Below are positions 57,251-64,000 of a stretch of DNA of 64,000 nucleotides, piece by piece. Every line of letters begins with the position of its first letter. Position 1 is the stretch's first letter. Position numbers and translations under genes: made by a program. A model generated the notes under the pieces. That model was not told the origin of the DNA. It saw nothing but the letters and a program-made list of their open reading frames with translations, and searched no databases. This stretch comes from the human T2T-CHM13v2.0 reference genome, Homo sapiens. The stretch lies in assembly GCF_009914755.1 (NCBI RefSeq), contig NC_060938.1; one strand, written 5' to 3'.

Positions 57251-57402
57251 TAGTGGTAATTTTTTTTACTGATGAAAATCTAAGAGCTGGTTTTTCTAGC
57301 AAGGACATTTTCTTTAGAACCCTCTAAAGAAACCCCTTAGTCTTCTTACTGGAAGACTAAGATATAAAGTATGAAAAGGACAAAAGAAAGCTGCTCCTAA
57401 CA

Positions 57403-57567
57403 TTTTTCTTTTTTTTAAGAGATGGGGGTTTCTGCTATGTTGCCCAGGCTAGAGTACAGTGGCTATTCCCAAGTGTGCTCACGGTGCACTACTCCTGGGC
57501 TCAAGTGATCCTCCTGCCTCAGCCTCCTGAGTTGTTGGGACTACAGGTGCATGCCACTGCACCTGGC
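57403..57567 (-). mobile_element. FAM/FRAM-like Alu monomer
   Basis: agtacagtggctattc monomer signature. Confidence 0.75.
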
Positions 57568-57773
57568 AGGCTTCTTCTTTTTAGCTGCCTATTCACAGCC
57601 CTGCAGCTTCTCCAGGAGTCCTCTGCAGGGCACCCTCCCCCATGACTCTGGGCAGCAGCATTTGAAAACGACTGCAGATGATCTCCTTGGTGTCTGCCAC
57701 CAGCAGTCTCCAGGGCTAGGCCAGAAGGAAAGGACCACACAGAGTGTAGAAAGGACTGAGTTGGGGCGCCTAC

Positions 57774-57913
57774 GGGTTATCGATGTCATCCCGCAGCACG
57801 TTGAGGGTGTAGTACGCACGGCCCCGGAAGTAGAGGCGGTGAAGGTGCTCAGTGAGGTCCTTCCTCCAGCTCACATACAGCAGGTTGCAGGTGAACTGAT
57901 CAAAGCTCTTCAG
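57774..57913 (-). CDS. ABCD4: ABCD4 exon 4 (140 nt; LKSFDQF...RDDIDNP)
   Basis: AG/GT boundaries; ABCD-family DNPDQR motif spans exons 4-5. Confidence 0.95.
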
Positions 57914-58001
57914 CTGTGCAGTGGGGGAAGCAAGGGGAAGGGAGAGATGGCTTCCTGAAAATCTCAGCTCAAAGCTCAAGGCTCGCAAGAGCCTCCGCTG
58001 A

Positions 58002-58622
<621 letters not shown>

Positions 58623-59343
58623 TGAGCAGTGGCTTCCCCAAGAAAACAGGTGGCACAGCCTGGCAGACAGCATTAGGCTTGAGTTCTGGTACAGCCCTGA
58701 GTCTCATCATTTACCATTTCCAGGGCACCTATGTGCTAAGCACTAGGGACATTATGAGCTCACAGTTTAGCCAGAAAACAATTACAAGCGTGTGAGGAGT
58801 GTTACAGCGAGGTAAACTCAAGGAATTCGTTAAGTACAGAAAAAGGGCAGAGTTTGGTGGAGGAGACACAAAGGAGAAAGCTGAGAAAGACTTGAAAGAG
58901 GTGACAACGGAGGGATGACGAAGAGTGAGCAGGTGGTAGCCCCCCTACTGAATGAGGGGTAGGGGAGGAGGCCATTCTGCAAGAAAGCACTGTTCAAAGG
59001 CTGGGAGGTGTGACATGGTGCCAGGGTGAGTCAAAGCCTCGGTCCCGCAGAGGAGGAGCAGCAGCTCTGGCTGCTGAGCCGTTTTAATGAGCTGCCGGAA
59101 ATAAGAGTTCTAGGAAGGAAAGGGGCAATGATCAGTTCTGCTAAATGCTGAATTAAACCAGAACCTGTGGCCTGGGCCCAGGAGTGGAAACATCTGAGGA
59201 ATCAGTCCCACGTGGGCCAACAGCAAGATCAACGTGCTTAATAAAGGCAACTATCCCTTTAGTTCCCAGAAAAGGGAGGAAACACACCCCCACAGCTTGC
59301 TTCCTGCTTCCTGGAGGCTAAGTTCCACTAGGCATTACGGTCA

Positions 59344-59559
<216 letters not shown>

Positions 59560-59623
59560 TTAAAAAGAAGGGAGGCTTCTTCCTGAGTCCCTGCCTCATC
59601 AGCACCCCAAAGAGATGAAAAGG

Positions 59624-59930
<307 letters not shown>

Positions 59931-59987
59931 GATGGAAAGGGACCCCAAACCAGAGCTCCCCTCCCTCCTCTAGTCTGGGCTCACTCA

Positions 59988-60161
<174 letters not shown>

Positions 60162-60184
60162 TTAGGGAGTAGTTATTAAGCTCA

Positions 60185-60475
<291 letters not shown>

Positions 60476-60699
60476 TTACAAATGGATTAAAAATCTAAAC
60501 GTGAAAAGTAACACTATCATGTTAATAGAAGGAAATGTAGAAAAATGTCTTAATGAAGATACCTTAAAAACCTATACAGGGGAAAACTGATGAATTTAAC
60601 TTCATTAGAGTTAAATGTTTTTATTCAACACAGTGCCATAGATTAAGTTAAAAGACTTGGAGGTGGTATCTGCAGAGTGCAAAACCAACAAGGACTTGA

Positions 60700-61317
<618 letters not shown>

Positions 61318-61438
61318 TAGAGCCTACAAGAATTCCTGCAAGCCAGGAACATAGGAAATCCACAGAGAAGTGGGAAGGGATATAAACAGGCAATTCAAAA
61401 AAGGGAAAACCCACGTTTAATAAACACATGAAAATGTA

Positions 61439-61772
61439 GGCCGGGAGCAGTGGCTCACGTCTGTAATTCCTTTATGCACTGCCCGTCGGGAAGTGTAATC
61501 CCTGCACTTCGGGAGGCCGAGGCGGGTGGATCACCTGAGGTCAGGAGTTCAAGACCAGACTGGCCAACCCCCCCATCTTTGCTAAAAATACAAAAAATTA
61601 GCTGGGTGTGGTGGCGCGCGTCTGTAATCCCAGCTACTCAGGAGGCTGAGGCAGAAGAATCGCTTGAACCCGAGGCGGAGGTTGCAGTGAGCCGAGATCA
61701 TGCCACTGCATTCCTGCCCGAGCAACAAGAGCAAAACTCCGTCTCAAAAGAAAGAAAGAAAGAAAGAAAGAA
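61439..61772 (+). mobile_element. AluS-like with non-Alu insert near its 5' end
   Basis: TSD gaaaatgta. Confidence 0.9.
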
Positions 61773-62449
61773 AATGTACACGATGGGATACCACCTTACA
61801 CCCCCCAGACTGATAAACATTACAAAACCAGCCGCCACTGAACGATGGAGGGATACCGGGAAACAGGAAGCTTTATGCACTGCCCGTCGGGAAGTATAAA
61901 CTAGTGTGACCATTCCAAAGAACAATCCAGCAAAATTAGATATGACCAGGACCCAACTCTGGGGTGGATACCCAGAGAAATGCAACAATATGCACAAGGA
62001 GACAACTGCCAGAATATTCGTTACAGTGTGGCTTGTGGGGGTGTTAATACTAGAAAAAAATCTATCCACCACTAGGGGAATAAGTCTATGCACACAGCAC
62101 CCCTCATGCAAGCACTCAGAAGTGAAAACAAGATGACTAGCATGGATGGACTCAAAAACACAATGTTGAGGAAAAAGGTTTAAAGAAAAATCACAGCATA
62201 TTATATTGAAGAATTCGAAACCGCTATATAGATTTCAAAGTAACACTTGCACAAATTTACCCAAGGTGGACCGTAAAGCCACTTATATAACACACCAGAG
62301 TGGCTGTCTGAAAAGGGGAGTGAAAGGGGTCTGGGAATAGGAACGAAGAGAGGAAGTGATAAAATAAACAAGGAGCCTTGCATTGGCCCACGGGGTGTCA
62401 AGAACTGAGAAGGATCAACTCAATTTTGTGCACCTGAGGTTCTTTTTTT

Positions 62450-62970
62450 CAAAAAAAGAATGCCAGTTGCGAGGGTGAGGGTCCCACACCGCAGGAGATG
62501 GCACAAGTCCGGCCAAGAACGGAGGGGGCCGCGGCCGGTGCGGAGCGGCCTAGAGCGGCGGGAGGGCGGACGCCCCTTCGAGAGCTCCTCTTTCTCTCAG
62601 AAGTCACGGGGGCGAGACGGGGGCGCCAGGGCGGCGGACGAGGCACGGAGGGCAGGAAAGCCCATTCCCTACAGCCCGGAACTCCTGCTCCCAAACCTCC
62701 TCCCCGACCGCCCTGCTTACCTGGCGCCAGCTCCGGGCGCGGGCCCCGCGACCGCCATGACCTGAGACCCGAGGGACTCTGGAGCCCAGCTGCCCCTAGT
62801 TCAGTACTGGGTAGAGTCCGAGGAGGGGCGGGGCCCCGGCTACCACAGAGACGGCGTTTGATAGAGAGGAAGGTGCGGGAGACGCGGACTCTCCCGGAAG
62901 CGACCGACGTCTCTAAAAGTACCAGAGAGTGGACTCGGCTGACCCGGCGGCTACAGCGCCCCCATATTTT
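62450..62970 (-). promoter_or_regulatory. ABCD4: ABCD4 CpG-island promoter with GC box (62825-62834) and ETS site CCGGAAG (62894-62900)
   Basis: CpG-dense region around exon 1; no TATA box seen. Confidence 0.85.
62721..62758 (-). CDS. ABCD4: ABCD4 exon 1 coding part (38 nt; MAVAGPAPGAGA)
   Basis: gtcATGG start, AG|gtaag donor, inside CpG island. Confidence 0.95.
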
Positions 62971-63107
62971 CTGGGAGACTTCCTTTTTGACAATAGGTAT
63001 CCGAGAGTGTAACTACTTTATGGCAAGTATTTTAGATTCTGTGTATAATAGATGTTTTACATATTCTCCCAGAGAAGCCAGCATGATCTTTAAAAAAGTA
63101 TAAATTA

Positions 63108-63503
<396 letters not shown>

Positions 63504-63689
63504 TCAAAAAAAACCCAAACAGCATGATCCCACAGGTCCCTAAATTTGAATCTGGATGTGTCTTCTCACTTTCCTCCAATCCTTATTAAGTTTCAACTGC
63601 AAGCCAAACACTCTACAACATGCATGTATCACTTGTCTTTATGAAAGTTGCAGTCTAGCTGGGTAGGTCAATCAGTTGACAATTACAGA

Positions 63690-63995
63690 TTTTTTTTTTT
63701 TTTTTTTTTTTTTGATACGGAGTGTTGCTTTTGTTGCCCCGGCTAGAGTGCAATGGCGCGATATCGGCTCACGGCAACCTCAGCCTCCCGGACTGAAGCC
63801 ATCCTCCTGCCTCAGCCTCCCGAGTAGCTAGGATTACAGGCATGTGCCACCACGCCCAGCTAATTTAGTATTTTTAGTAGAGACAGGGTTTCTCCATATT
63901 GGTCAGGCTGGTCTTGAACTCCTAACCTCAGGTGATCTGCCCGCCTTGGCTTTCCAAAGTGTTGGGATTACAAGAGTGAGCCACCGCTCCTGGCC
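63690..63995 (-). mobile_element. AluS-like
   Basis: Dimeric Alu. Confidence 0.92.
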
Positions 63996-64000
63996 TTTTT

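Noticed and set aside
62601-62612. Possible TFEB CLEAR element for a lysosomal gene (GTCACGGG)
   Set aside because: Lacks the CACGTG E-box core.
62498-63103. 201-aa ORF antisense to ABCD4 exon 1
   Set aside because: CpG-island composition with no recognisable domain.

Overview
Human/primate genomic DNA, recognisable as the VSX2-ABCD4 locus (14q24.3, from recollection). The + strand carries VSX2/CHX10 coding exons 2-5 and the 3'UTR; exon 1 lies upstream of the window. The - strand carries all 19 coding exons of ABCD4 (spliced CDS 1821 nt = 606 aa + stop, all introns GT-AG) with a CpG-island promoter near 62.5-63 kb. The genes converge across about 22.5 kb of repeat-rich DNA: roughly 55 Alus plus MIR, L2, L1M, two MaLR LTRs, MER5 and a MADE1. 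Most ORFs in the supplied track are Alu or GC-rich noise. Best unexplained signals: (1) a ~1 kb diverged hexamer array at 37.6-38.55 kb with ~47 AGCT palindromes, higher-order repeats and broken low-complexity ORFs; (2) a ~120 bp copy of the VSX2 intron-3 branch-point region inside the VSX2 3'UTR; (3) a 25 bp templated insertion into an Alu, matching sequence 401 bp away; (4) an intact in-frame +57 nt alternative acceptor in VSX2 exon 5; (5) homeodomain-motif clusters suggesting VSX2 autoregulation; (6) tandem Pumilio elements; (7) a MADE1 hairpin split at its centre by an Alu. I cannot claim a new biological system from sequence alone. Repeat boundaries are approximate and subfamily calls are by eye.
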